Numbered from the stretch's first letter, positions 38,640 to 51,691 are shown. The stretch is 64,000 nt of DNA from Octopus sinensis (GCF_006345805.1 NC_043011.1:24378464-24442463), one strand, 5' to 3'. Notes: generated by a model from the sequence alone, not told the origin. A program made the numbers and translations.

Positions 38640-38830
38640 TTATCATTATGACGTCACAATATCGGAAACGTTTTCTCCAAGGCCTTCGTTTCAAATAATA
38701 TTCAGTCTCTTTCAACCTTTCGCGGTGATTAGAGGCTAGGGAATGTGTGCGCCGGGGGACGCACCCGAACACTTGAAGACTAGAGTGAAGTCAGAGTCGT
38801 CTTCACCTTGTTTTTGGTTGTTTGAGGGGA
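38640..38830. promoter_or_regulatory. CpG-rich non-repetitive segment with palindromic CRE (TGACGTCA)
   Basis: TGACGTCA at 38649-38656; many intact CpGs relative to the depleted background. Confidence 0.3.
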
Positions 38831-38835
38831 TATTT

Positions 38836-39687
38836 TGAGCAGACCCTCACAGATGTGCCCTCCACACAATTGTTTCCTCATAACCTTCAGCAAAATATAT
38901 GGATACCTTTTAAGGAAATATTCTACAAATACTTCTCAGATAGCGTACGTTATGACTATATCGGAATTTAATGAGAAAAAAATAGAGGTCGCGCACACAT
39001 ATATATATATTGACATACGTCACATTTATTTCCAAAGATTCAAGATTCATTTTGTGAATACATATGTTACGTGTGTCAGTATATATGTGTGCACGTCTCG
39101 AACTTTTTCTTTTTTTTCACATTAAATTCCGAGGCAATCTTTCGTCTCTAGTAGACCTTTCCGTCGATTTCCGTGAAAAAAAATTTTTTTTTTACATATG
39201 GGCTTGCGGGAACTTTTGAAGTAATGAGAGCGAAAGAGACTAAGAGAAAGCGATTGTCTGACGAGGGAAGTTCTTTTGAAGTTACCGTGCATGGGAAGCA
39301 TTGATGTACATGTGTGTGTGTGTTTGATGGGGTGTGGGAGACAGACAGTATGTTGTGTAAGTGAAGTGCTTCTGTTAGTGCGTGTGAAGAGACAGAGTAA
39401 TGTGTGAAAGAAAGCGATAACTGAAATTTTTTACTCGGTGTATGTGTATATGTATGTATATTACTTCAAAAGTTCCCGCAAGCCCATATGTAAAAAAAAT
39501 ATTTTTTTTTACGGAAATCGACGGAAAGGTCTACTAGAGACGAAAGATCGCCAATTCCGATACAATCTAATGTACACCATCTGAGAGGTATTTGTAGAAA
39601 ATTTCATTTAAAATATAGCCATTTTCCTGAAGGTTATCAGAAAGCAAAGTCGGGGACAAAATTGTGTGAGTCTGCTGTTTTATGCAC
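38836..39687. mobile_element. Long-TIR foldback non-autonomous DNA element with nested inverted repeat
   Basis: 39134-39224 is near-exactly inverted at 39460-39552; 38836-38968 is inverted (diverged) at 39552-39687; an extra hairpin lies at 38961-39131. Confidence 0.7.
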
Positions 39688-39744
39688 CTTTGAGTTCTTA
39701 AATACTCTCTGAAACATGCTGGTTGGTACCATAACATAGTTACA

Positions 39745-40540
39745 AGGTGTCCGGTATTGTTCCTCCAAACGTATGAACTTTTAGCCAGGCAATTTCAGGA
39801 CAGGAAACCTGGAGGTTCCGACCAGCAAAAATTCCTGGCCTGGCAATGTTACCGAGGAGCCGTTCGGGATAAGCTCGCACGACACGGTCGAACTACCACT
39901 GCCGACTGTCCAAGATGCGGGCGGGATAGGGAAACCGTCCTGCACGCTATTGTTCAGTGTCCGGGAGTGTCTGAAGTGTGGGCTTATGCAGAACATCTGC
40001 TGTCAGGTTCGGGAAGAGTACAGCTGTCGTCTGAGTCAATCGTAAAAATTGACCCGCCGGATTTCCTCACGAAAGAAGGTAAGCAATGTTTTCTCGCAGT
40101 AGTAGCAATAGCGAAAGAGGTGGTATGGAAGGAAGTCGCGAATGAAAGGTTTGGCGACAGGCAACCTCATCTCCGGTCTCGGGTTGGTGAGATTTTTTAT
40201 CTTCCACCTTAAAAGGAAGGTGAGGCTGGAGAGAAGATGCCTGTCAAAGAAAATGTTCAAAGAAAGATCGTTGCATGTTGCGAGGGTGTTGGGAATGAAA
40301 GATTCGTCGTGAACATGTCATAAGTCTGAATACAAAAGTTTCAGTAGGAGAATGGGGCTCGTGGGGTCGGAGCGTAAGCCATCTCTGCTTCATCTCATGT
40401 TTGTATTACGTCCTTGTATCTCATTCGATTTCATTATATTTTGTAAAATTTTAAAAGTCATATAATCATTGTGCGTCTGACCCCAATCAGGCTGTATTGT
40501 CCCCCTCTATGTTTGGGCCCTTGTGGCTAATAAAAAAATT
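39745..40540 (+). mobile_element. L1/Tx1-clade LINE 3' fragment (zf-RVT region + 3' UTR)
   Basis: KFLAWQCYRGAVRDKL...CPRCGRDRETVLHAIVQCP...WAY (CCHC zinc knuckle of L1/Tx1 ORF2); ends CTAATAAAAAAA. Confidence 0.85.
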
Positions 40541-40703
40541 GGATGTATACACACAGAATATTTCATTGTAAACAATGGTGTAACTGTAAGGTGTGGATGT
40601 GATAGTAAGGATCGGTAAATAAAAATCGTACATGAAATATTCTTTTCTCTTCTAGAGAATTCTCATCTATCTTTAACCTCTGATCAAACACCAGCAGGGC
40701 ATA

Positions 40704-41075
40704 CCGTAAATCCTCGAGTATAATCCACATTTTCCCCCAAAATTTAAAGGTCAAAGTTCCTAGTGCGTATTATACACGAGGTTAAAAATGACAATTTTTT
40801 TTCTAAACCATATTCAAGTCTCTATTTGCTGTCCGGCAATGTTTATTCAGACGCATTTTGTGATGTCGGGCGCGAAAATACCTTAAGCTAAACCTGAAAG
40901 CAATGAAGTCATAAAAGAATCATACATAACTTGCAATAAGCAACATTTATTAAACGTTGTTACTGTTATTTCTTTATTTTCTGCAAACAAAATGTACAAA
41001 AAAGCTACACGTTTGCATTATGTTATATATACAATAATAATAAAGGACGTTACCATATACATTTTTACAAACCAA
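40704..41075 (+). mobile_element. pogo/Tigger-like DNA transposon end
   Basis: TA|CCGTAAATCCTCGAGTATAATCC...GCGTATTATACACGAG terminal and subterminal pattern. Confidence 0.5.
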
Positions 41076-41078
41076 GGA

Positions 41079-41188
41079 CGGGATCTTTTCGGTTTGAACG
41101 GCAGTTTTTAACATAATTACGAAGTTTAAAATTCTTTAGTTACCTACAAATTATGTTAAAAACTGCCGTTCAAACCGAGAAGATCCCG
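41079..41188. mobile_element. Palindromic MITE (~38-bp TIRs)
   Basis: CGGGATCTTTTCGGTTTGAACGGCAGTTTTTAACATAAT ... ATTATGTTAAAAACTGCCGTTCAAACCGAGAAGATCCCG. Confidence 0.75.
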
Positions 41189-41220
41189 ATACTTCACTCT
41201 CGATATATTCACACAGAATA

Positions 41221-41484
41221 TTTTTATATATAAAAGTCAAGTTGTGTGTCTGTCTCCTACGATTTAGATTCCTAACTACTCCCATATTTTATAGTTGTGA
41301 TTCATATCGAGCCCTTCTGGGTATTAGCGCGCGTCTACGATGAGTCTACGATTTAAAAAAAAATGACCATCATTTTTTTCCATTTTAATGCATTTTTTTT
41401 GCTATCTTTTGGCTATAACTCTCTAAAAATGCTTATATAGTTATTTCCCTTACAAACCCGAGCAACGCCGGGCGATACTGCTAG
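41221..41484 (+). mobile_element. Non-autonomous Helitron sharing its 3' ~100 bp with 32193-32561
   Basis: 3' TTGGCTATAACTCTCTAAAAATGC...CCCGAGCAACGCCGGGCGATACTGCTAG|T. Confidence 0.8.
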
Positions 41485-41723
41485 TTTCATTATAAACAAT
41501 AGTATTACTGTAAATTGTAAACAATCGTATAACCGCAGGGGCAGTAGAAAAGACCGCACGGGGTGAGGCTTTTAAGCTAATCTCTAATAAAGTAAAGTAG
41601 TTTTTTCATTAATTGTTCGATAATTTTCATACAATCAATACAGCCCCAAACACAATTTTTACAATACGACTTTGGTTATAAGCGTACAATGTGTTTGGGA
41701 TTTAAAATTTGTTTATGTGCAAC

Positions 41724-41759
<36 letters not shown>

Positions 41760-42199
41760 ACACACGCGCGCGCAAACTTGCTTGTGGGCTTTCTTCAAGT
41801 TACTTTTGTTCATAAACTTTAGTTCATTTAAATTGTTTGATGTTTTTTTCCCTTACTTCCACTCGTATCAACCCTTACACACAGAGGCAGGTACTTCTGG
41901 TACTTAAACTATTCAAAATGAGAAACATGAAACCACCGGCTGTCTCAGTAAGATAAAAACTCATCTCTTTGATCGTAAATTCAACCAATCTCTTTTCCTT
42001 GATGCCGTTTTTTAGGTAAATATTAAAAGAATTTTTCTTCGCTCATCATCATCATGGTTTAACGTCCGCTTTCCATGCTGGCATGGGTTGGACGATTTTG
42101 ACTGAGGGCTGGCGAGCCAGATGGCTGCAATCTTGATCTGGCAGAGTTTCTACAGCTGCATGCCCTTCCTAACGCCAACCACTCCGAGTGTGTAGTGGG

Positions 42200-42513
42200 T
42201 TCGGGCGTAATTTAGCTACTATTTCTAGTTTACCTAGTAGCCACAAATTGTATAATCGAGAGGAATCCACACAAAATTCTGAAGAGAAGCGGCAGAGTGT
42301 AGTGAATCGTATGGGACCTAAGAGATTGGGTAGAACAAGCATCATGAGAAGCCGTTCCCTGGGTATAGAGAGAAGACGTAGCTCGCTTATGGCGAAAAAC
42401 AATCGTGCGTGTGGCTTTTTATATCAGGTACTGTCTAGTGTGACTGCATGCAGCAAAAGTACGTTCCAAATGCGATGAGGGTAATACTCCATTGTGGGCC
42501 TCTGATGAGATTT
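42200..42513 (-). mobile_element. L2/CR1-like LINE RT C-terminal remnant
   Basis: Minus strand shows RPTMEY...IWN...LDS...KKP..RL, and RR...LCRF across frameshifts. Confidence 0.6.
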
Positions 42514-42865
42514 GTTGGTACTCTTGAGTTTGAAGTGCAATGCTAGTCGTCAACCATTTTGAATTTCATTCAAATTCAAAATGGCTGACAACTAGCATTG
42601 CACTTTATACTCAAGAGTACCAATGTATTTGAATCAAACAGGTTTGATTAATACATACATACATACATACATACATACATACATACATGCATGCATGCAT
42701 GCATGCATGCATGCATGCATGCATGCATATATATATATATATATATAATATTATTAGAGACAAAACCACTATTTTGCAAAACAAACAAGGAAAGACTTAA
42801 TCAATACATAAAATTTTAATAAAAAGTCAAAAAAACCGCCACTACAATTGTTTCTTGTCCTGATT

Positions 42866-43139
42866 GCCGAACCGCTAAGTGACGGGGACGTAAACACACC
42901 AGCATCGGTTGTCAAGCAATGCTAGGGGGACAAACACAGACACACAAACAAACACATACATATATACATATATACGACAGGCTTCTTTCAGTTTCCGTCT
43001 ACCAAATCCACTCACAAGGCATTGGTCGGCCCGGGGCTATAGCAGAAGACACTTGCCCAAGATGCCATGCAGTAGGACTGAACCCGGAACCATGTGGTTG
43101 GTTGGTTAGCAAGCTACTTACCACACAGCCACTCCTGCG

Positions 43140-43142
<3 letters not shown>
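42866..43142 (-). mobile_element. Major tRNA/CORE SINE (tail-truncated)
   Basis: Near-consensus head and body, as in 57826-58245. Confidence 0.85.
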
Positions 43143-43187
<45 letters not shown>

Positions 43188-43188
<1 letters not shown>

Positions 43189-43490
43189 GTGTGGAGGCAC
43201 AATGGCCCAGTGGTTAGGGCAGCGGACCCGTGGTTTCGATTCCCAGACTGGGCGTTGTGAGTGTTTATTGAGCGAAAACACCTAAAGCTCCACGAGACTC
43301 CAGCAGGGGGTCGTGGCGATCCCTGCTGTACTCATTCGCCACAACTTTCTCTCACTCTTTCGTCTGTTGGCCTCCTCGCTTAGCCAGCGTGGTGGTGTCA
43401 CTTGAAGGCTAAAACAATGCAAAGCGCACTGTGACCAGCGATGTGTAGCAACATCTGATAGCCTGGTCGGTCACAGTGATCACGGTGATA
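43188..43490 (+). mobile_element. tRNA-derived SINE with the same head as 17094-17401 but a different tail
   Basis: GTGGAGGCACAATGGCCCAGTGGTTAGGGCAGCGGAC...CACCTAAAGCTCCACG...CGCCACAACTTT, then a GAAGGCTAAAACAATGC...ATAGCCTGGTCGGTCAC tail. Confidence 0.85.
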
Positions 43491-43551
43491 TATATATGTA
43501 TGTATGTATATGTACTTGTATGTGTGTATGTATTTATACACCCCCCCCCAG

Positions 43552-43651
43552 TAAAACAGACAAACTGATTAAAAATTACACAGAAGGTAGCAGTTTGGAA
43601 AATCTCATACAAGTGGTGGAGGAGTGTGACGGTGGCTACAGAAGTGGCAGC
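43552..43651 (+). CDS. Candidate internal exon (xKTDKLIKNYTEGSSLENLIQVVEECDGGYRSGS)
   Basis: C9-AG acceptor, AGC|GTAAGA donor, 100-bp open frame with protein-like composition; no recognised homology. Confidence 0.3.
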
Positions 43652-44682
43652 GTAAGATGTGCATTTTGGTATTGGCTGCTGGTGCTTGTATGAACTGCAT
43701 GCTTTGTCTCAAGTAAATGGGTATAATTGCAGTTGCTCTGAATGCATTAGTCTCTTGCATTGAGAAAACTGACATATTTTGGAGTATCATGCATTTATAG
43801 ATTTTACTTAGTTGGCAGATTTATCACGGACCTGTGAGGTATACATTCAAATGTAGGTTGACAAATGGTGGGAAGAAAGACATGATGTAGAAGTGGTTAT
43901 GGTGATAGCATTAGAATATTATGTCAATGATGATGAAGATGATGGGTAGTATTCAGAGGAAATGAAGAATGTGGATAGCTGGGCTATGGAGGGATTTTCA
44001 TCATGGAGAATTCTCCTTGGAATTTTATGACTAGTTTCATTAGTAAACATTTTGGACATTTTTATATATTTTTGTCCTTTGTTCTTGTTTTGAGAAGAAA
44101 CCTAACTCCAAGCAACTTTTAACTGATCCATTTTTAGACATTATTTTCTAAACCTGGCAAAATATGTAGGGGGAGAAAATTTTGATTTTGCATCCCCTAA
44201 AATTGTTAGGGGTTACAAGTGCACCACCTGCACTCCCTGTACTTGGACCTTTTGACACAACTGCTTCCTCTCTCTCTCTCTCTCTCTGTATATATATGTA
44301 TATATATATATATATATAACTGTCTAAGAATCCATAAATCAGAAAAAATATGCACACTTGTATATTTGCCAATAGAGTGGGTATATTAAAGTGTATTATA
44401 TAATCAAAGTATTATATATCCATTACAGCTGAACGTATCAATAGATTTTACACTGGGGATTCAATGGAGTGTTAGGTAACAGCCTGATTATGTAACTTGC
44501 ACTCTTCAAAGATGGCAGTTATGAAATGAAATATTGGTGCAGTCACCATGTTTCATTCCATAACTGCCATCTCTGAAGAGCATAGGGTTACATAATCAGG
44601 CTGTTACCTAACCCCTAGTGCAAAATCAATTGGTAAGATCAGCTGGAATGGATGTATAATACTGTAGACTTTGATTTATATA

Positions 44683-45939
44683 GATCAGATCATTAAAAAT
44701 GAAATGTCTGATTTTCTTATGCACCAAATTTGACAGTCATTAACTCTAATGTTTTATCCTGACAATTCTTTGTTTTATGATATTGAGGAGTCACATCTCA
44801 TCACTTTCCGAAATGCAATCCATGGTGTCTTATTATATTGTGAGTTTTCTCTTGTAAATCAATTTTTGTGAACCCATGGATAGATAAAAAAATTTCTGTT
44901 GCTTATGAATATGAGTTCTGTTGGGGAACCAATGCGTCCCAGACAGCTCGAAACATCAATGAAGTATTTGGTGAAGATGTGGCAAATGAGCGCACTGTAA
45001 GTTAATGGTTTGAGAAGTTCCAGTCTGCTGACCTTACTCTTGAAAATCAGCCCCATGGTAGACCTGATACCAAGGCAGATAATGAGCTGGAAACTGTAGT
45101 GGAAGTGGATACATCTCAAACTATATGTGAGTTAGTGGCAAGGTTTGATGTTTGATGTTTCGATTGCAACTATATTGGACCATCGGTAAGGTATAGAAGT
45201 TGGCCAAGTGACTACCACATGAACTGAACAAGCATCAAATATGACATGTCATCTTGAAACTTGCTGTTCTTTGCTGTCACCATATAAAAACGAACTATTT
45301 TTGCATCATATTGTTACATGTGATGAAAAATGGATTCTTTTCAACAATATCAAGTATTCTGCACGATAGGGACAAAGTGCCAAAGCACAATCCAAAAGAG
45401 AATATTCACTAAAAAAAGCTAAAGGTGTCTGTTTGGTGGTCTAGCACTGGTGTCATCTACTACAGCTTCATGAGACCTGGTAAGTCAATTACAACACACG
45501 TACACATCAATCAATTGGATGAAATGACGAGTGAACTTGCAATTAAACTACAGGATTGGTCAACAGAGACAGTTCAATTCTCTTGCAAGACAATGCTCAA
45601 CCACATGTTTTGCAAAAAACACTACCCAAGTTACAGGAAATGAATTTAGAAGTACTCTGTCATCCACCACATTCACCAGACCTTGCACCAACTGACTGTC
45701 ACATTTTCTAGACATTAGACAACATTTTTCAAGGAAAAACACTTAAAATATGAAGAAGCTGCAAAAACAGCCTTTCATGATTTCATCACCTCTTGCTCTC
45801 CGGCATAAGTAAGCTACCGATAAAATGTCAAAATTGTGTTGAATATTTAGGTGCATACTTTGATTAACTGCATTGCTTTTTGTTGAGATAAAGTAAAATA
45901 AACTTTCAGTTCAAAATTGAACATCTCATTCTTAATGAA

Positions 45940-45943
<4 letters not shown>
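44683..45943 (+). mobile_element. Near full-length decayed mariner transposon
   Basis: TIRs (AGATCATTAAAAATGAAATGTC / ACATCTCATTCTTAATGAACTAA|TA); translated pieces WFEKFQSADLTLENQPHGRP, IVTCDEKWILFNN, HPPHSPDLAPTDCH. Confidence 0.9.
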
Positions 45944-46014
<71 letters not shown>

Positions 46015-47933
46015 ATCATTTAATGCTCATCTTCCAAACTAGCACGGGCTGGATGGTATGGCAGGATCCAAACAAGTTATTTTAACAGGTTTCTATGGCT
46101 GGATGCCTCTCTTAATGCCAGCTAGTTTACAGAGTGTACCAGGTGCTTTTTTATGTGTCTCTGGCATTAGTGAGTTTGTGAAGTAACTTGCAAGAAAAGA
46201 AAGGACCATCTACTGTGTAGGGGTATAGTAGAGAGGGAGGTTGCATTATGCTAGGTGTTAAGAGATTAAATTATGATAGAGGGACAAGCATAGGTGTCTT
46301 ACTATTGAAGAAAAGATGGCTACCCTGCATTATACAAGAACAGATAAGAGTAGCTGGAAAGAAGGTAATGATGATACTGGTGAGGTGTCAGAGTGTGTTT
46401 TCAAGATGCAAAGTGAATGTAGGAGAGAATAAGGACAATGACTCAAGAAGGGTGAGTGAATAAGTTCATTAGAGTGTGAGAGGAGAGTGACCAATGGTTA
46501 CAGATGAACATAGAGGTGAATGTATTAAATGAAATGAGGATGGAGATGTGGTCACTGGTAAATGTCAGAATGGAGATGGATGGAATGAAAGAAATAGAAA
46601 TGACTCAGGAAGGAGGAAGTAAATTGTGGGAAAGAGGAGAACAGCAGTATAACAAACCTGTTGGTAAATCAGAAAATATGTTAATGAGAGTGAAGGTAGG
46701 GGCAGGGATGAGAGAGATGCACAGTGACAGAGATGAATGTTAGAAGTATATTAAGGCACACCACATGAAATATTTTCCAATATGAAGCAGTTTAACATTA
46801 TGATTAAACATGTTGTAGATAGAAGCTTGTAAATTAATTTATTTTGTATTGCTTGGTTAAGTTTTGTATTCATTTGGCTTCTCTTTCCAGGTGGTATCTA
46901 TTTTGTATGCATTGATGTTGTACCACTCATTGATATGGTAACCATTGTACAAGAAGATGTATGACTTAGTTGTTTGGGTATTTGACTTCTCAGGATTGTG
47001 AGTTCAGTTCCTGACAGCATATTGTGTCCTCAAGCATGACACTTTGTCTCATGTATATGTATATATATATATATATCACAGGCACACACATGCATGTATG
47101 TGTGTGTGTCTTTGACTTTGTGCTTGACCCTGCACTATCACTTAACAACCTAAGTTTGTCTACATTCCCATAATGCAGCAGTTCAGCAAAAGGGACAATA
47201 GAACAAGTATTAGACTTAAAAGATCAGTACAAGGGTCAATTTGTTTGACTAAAACCCTTTGAAGTGTTGCCCCAGCATAGCTGCAATTCATAGGGGCCAG
47301 CCTTATCATATTCTGTGTCATGTTGAACCTCCTTGTGAATTACACTAAGATTATGTATATCTGTGGACTACTCAGCCACTTGCACATTAATTTCATGAGC
47401 AAGCTGTTCTGTTGATTGTAACAACTGGAACCCCCAATGTCGCAACTGACAGAGTGCCAGTAGTTAGCCAGCAAATGGTACAGCAGTGTTTCTAAATAAT
47501 TTGCACTGGATACAAGACCATTCAGTTTGCTGAAGCAAGACAACTACTGGAAAAAGACCTCTTGACGAGCAGTTCAACAATTTGCAGCAGATTTGACAAT
47601 GTCCTCTAGAACTATTTCCTGGCCATTTGTGTGCCATCAAAAAAGTGACAAATTTGGATAAATGGGCCATCATTTGAATTGGGTGAACATCCTTGATTGT
47701 GACATCCAATAATTAATTTTGTGACCACATCATTAAGACCATGTGGTTCAGAAGCTTGCTTTGCAACCATGTGGTTTGGGGTTCTGTCCCACAGCTTGGC
47801 ACTATGGACAAATGTATTCTACTATAGCACTGGACCAACCAACACTTTGTGAGTGAATTTCATAGGCAGAAACTGTGTGGAACCTATCACACACACACAC
47901 ACACACATATATATATGTATGTATGTATATATA

Positions 47934-47991
<58 letters not shown>

Positions 47992-48374
47992 TATATATCA
48001 CACACACACACACATGTATGCATGTGTGTGTGTGTGCCTTTGACTATGTGTTTGACCCTGCACCATCACTTAACAACCTTAGTTTGTCTACATTCCCATA
48101 ATTTAGAAGTTCAGCAAAAGGGACAATAGAACAAGTATTAGACTTAAAAGATCAGTACAAGGGTCAATTTGTTTGACTAAAACCCTTTGAAGTGGTGCCC
48201 CAGCATAACTGCAATTCAATGCCAAAGACACATAAAAAAGCACCTGGTACATTCTGTAAAGTAGCTGGCATTAGGAGAGGCATCCAGCCATAGAAACTGT
48301 TAAAATAACTTGTTTGGATCCTGCCATACCATCCAGCCCATGCTAGTTTGGAAGATGAGCATTAAATGATTATC

Positions 48375-48431
<57 letters not shown>

Positions 48432-50059
48432 TATATTAAGTCATTAAGAAGTAAAAACAAGTAAAAGAATTACCCATGACTAGAAATTGTTTGACAATAT
48501 TAATTATCATTTGAGACAGTAGTTAGATGCAGACAAATCTCCAGAAACTATTGCAAACATTTTCTAGCATAACTACTGAATCCCATAAATGTTTGTAGTG
48601 ACTATATAGTATAAGCAAAATTTTTATTTTCCAACAAGCAGGATCAATGACTGCAAACTCATAATGTCAGAAATTAGCCATATGTGTGAAAAACTGAAAT
48701 CACAAAAACACCCAAGACCAGTTAATTAACTGACTTGGACAAATTCCGTTGCATGACAACACTTGATCACACAATTCTAAATCATTCTTCTCAAATTAAC
48801 AGAGCTAGGATATGAAATTTTGTTGCACCCAACATACTCTCTAGACATCTCCACTAGACATTTCATTCTTTCAGACACTTGCAGCCGTTTATATGTAATA
48901 AAAGATTTACATATCTAAAAGCTGTAGCGGAAGCTTTCAAGTAGTTCTACTTTTTTCTTAGTCACAAAAGACAGAGGTTTTTTAAGTAAAATAGGAATAT
49001 CTAATTTAACGTCACATTAACAAAAGACAATTGAACATAATGGACCATAGTTTGATTAAATAAATTTGCATAATCTCGTTTATAGTGTGTTCACTTTTAA
49101 TTTAAAAAACACTTCATGTTGTTTTTTTAATCTATATATATATATGTATGTATGTATGTATGTGTATGTATATATATATGTATATATATGTATATATATA
49201 TAATGGATAAAACCCTTTCATTTGCCATATATATATATTATATGTATGTATGTGGACACAGGTGCAACTGTGTGGTTAAGAAGCTTTTTTCCTAACCATG
49301 GTCTTAGGTTCAGTCCTACTGTGTGACACTTTTAACATGTGTTTCTACTGTAGCCCTGAGCTGACCAAAGCTTTGTGAGTGGATTTGGTAGATGAAACTT
49401 GGAAGAAGCCCATTTTATTATGTGTGTATGTGTGCATGAGAGTGTTCATGTATGCCATTGTTTTGGCATTATGTAATGGTCGTAAATGAGTACCACTGCC
49501 TTAGAAGCGTTCTTGTTTGTTTCCAGTTTTCCACAAAGACATGTCTGGCCAAGTGGTGATGGTTGGCAACAGGAAGGGCATCTGGCTGAAGGAAAAAAAT
49601 TTGCCGCAACAAAATCCATCTGGCCCCAAGGCATGGAAAAGTGGACATTAAATGATGGTGATGATGATGATGATGATATTTAACAAAAATTAGTTAATAG
49701 AAATAACTCAGGGTGGCCACTTGTTAGGTCTCTCATGAATGCTATGGTAACATTGAATCCAGTATAACTTGTTGCATGGTTGAGTTGTCAGTCATAATTA
49801 AACTGGTACCTCCACTAAGCTTGCCTAATGACGAGGGTAGCTAGAAACCCAGCAGGACTAAAAAAACTGAACTTAGTGTTGGTTCAATGATTATCTGGCT
49901 AGAGCACAGGCTCTTAGAAATTCTATGTTGGTTTCTGGTGTGCTAGCAGACTACTGGGAGTGAGGCACCCCATCAGCTTTTATGAAAGCTTGTCTCTAGG
50001 AGAAGATAATTCCAATATAAAACTGGATATGCAGGATGTTGTGATGAGAGTTATGACAC

Positions 50060-50760
50060 CCCCTTCTGAGTTATTTACTCAATATGGTATTCCAGGCATG
50101 TTAGTTTCAGATAATGGAACACAATTCACAGGATATGAATTAAGAAATTTCTGCAAAATGTCATAAATGCCATAAAGCATATCTTTACTCTGCCCTACCA
50201 CCCAAGGTCAAATGGGCAGGCAGAAAGATTTGTTGCTATGTTCAAAAGAGCTCTAAGAGAAGCTAGGAATGAACTAGATAATGACAAGGCACTAACGAAA
50301 TTTTTGAGAGTATATAGAATAACTCCAAATCCAAATACTAATTCAGGAAAGTCACCAGCAGAGTTAATGTTCACATGTAAAATAAAATCAATCTTCGGTA
50401 AACTATTTCCAGGAAAAAATACATATAAAAGAAAGACAAAAAATACTTTTGAAGGAAATACAAGAAATATTACAAAACATTTCAAAGTAGGAGATTAAGT
50501 TCATTTCAAAAATTACAAAAATGATAAAGAAGATTGAGAGGATGGCTGTGTAATAAAAAGATTAGGTAACATGATTTATTTAATTAAAGGAGAATGTTCA
50601 GAACATGAGAAACACCTTAACCAGTTAAAGATGAGATATACAGAAGAATGAAGCGTAATACCAATGGAAGTTTTCTATGATATGTTTGAAGTGCCAGTAC
50701 TGAGAGATATTGAACCCCATAGAACTAGCTTCAGAAAAAGAAAACAGACTGACTATCTGG
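50060..50760 (+). mobile_element. Gypsy-type LTR retrotransposon integrase remnant
   Basis: YGIPGMLVSDNGTQF, PYHPRSNGQAERFV..FKRAL, YRITPNPNT..GKSPAELMF. Confidence 0.9.
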
Positions 50761-50974
50761 AAGTAATACCTAAATGAAAAAGATATTAAATTTTCAATAA
50801 AAAAAAACAAGAGTGCTTAGTACAACAATACTACCTTAAAAGTGGAGCAACAATTAAGATACAGCAGCTAAAACAAAGCAAAAAAAAATATGCAGGTGAG
50901 GTACTGGAAAGAAAAAATATAAAAATGAATGAAATTCCACTTTCTCACAGTAGTCGAAATCTCAAAAGGGGAGA

Positions 50975-51239
50975 TGTGATAAGAGTTACAATGCCCGCTT
51001 GCGAGAGATAGACTGGTCCAATAAAGTATAAATAGTAATTATCCAAGTGAGTTAGGGGTTCACAGTTCAGACTTGAGTGAAGTTCATGTTACTTCACAGT
51101 GAAGTTGGAAGATGTCAGTTGGCTAGTTCACAAAGAATATTGATTACTGGTTCTTCGAGAGATTTTTTTAGTTCATTACACTGTTTTTACTCTTGTCTGG
51201 TTTTCTTATTTATTGTATGCAACAGATTACATTACAACA
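50975..51239 (+). mobile_element. 3' LTR (TG...CA) preceded by a polypurine tract
   Basis: PPT AAAAGGGGAGA at 50964-50974, LTR start TGTGATAAG, end TTACAACA; downstream of the integrase. Confidence 0.7.
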
Positions 51240-51691
51240 CAGAAAATGGCACTGGATCTTTTGCTTGCACTTGAGAACATGGTGCTCCCGTACTCCTGAG
51301 CCTGTGACCCATATTAGCACTGGATATCTTATCTTGGCTTGTCTCTGGATCATGTCAATAGGGTGAAGAGGGTTTGTGAGGTGTTATGAAAGCCTTATTA
51401 GACGTAAAATTTTAGGTTTCTTTTTCGTCAGCAAGGTGACTTTCTGATGCCTGGTCAAGTAGGAGGGTTTCACAGCAAGCATGGAAGCTGCAAGCATGAG
51501 CAATAAACTTATGCACAAGCAATGATAGTCTTCTTCAGTCATGAGAGGTCAGCCATCACACATACACACATTGCAAATGGGCTTCTTTCAGTTTCCATTA
51601 GCTAAATCCACTTATAAGGTTTTGGTGAGCCTGGACTATAGGAGATGCTTATTCAAGATGCCACACAGTCAGACTGAATCCAAAAATATGT

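Noticed and set aside
40563-40754. 63-aa minus-strand ORF
   Set aside because: It overlaps a DNA-transposon end, with no recognisable motif or splice support.
42502-42508. CTGATGA before the long hairpin as a hammerhead with a giant stem II
   Set aside because: There is no GAAA after the stem, and the heptamer lies within LINE coding remnant.
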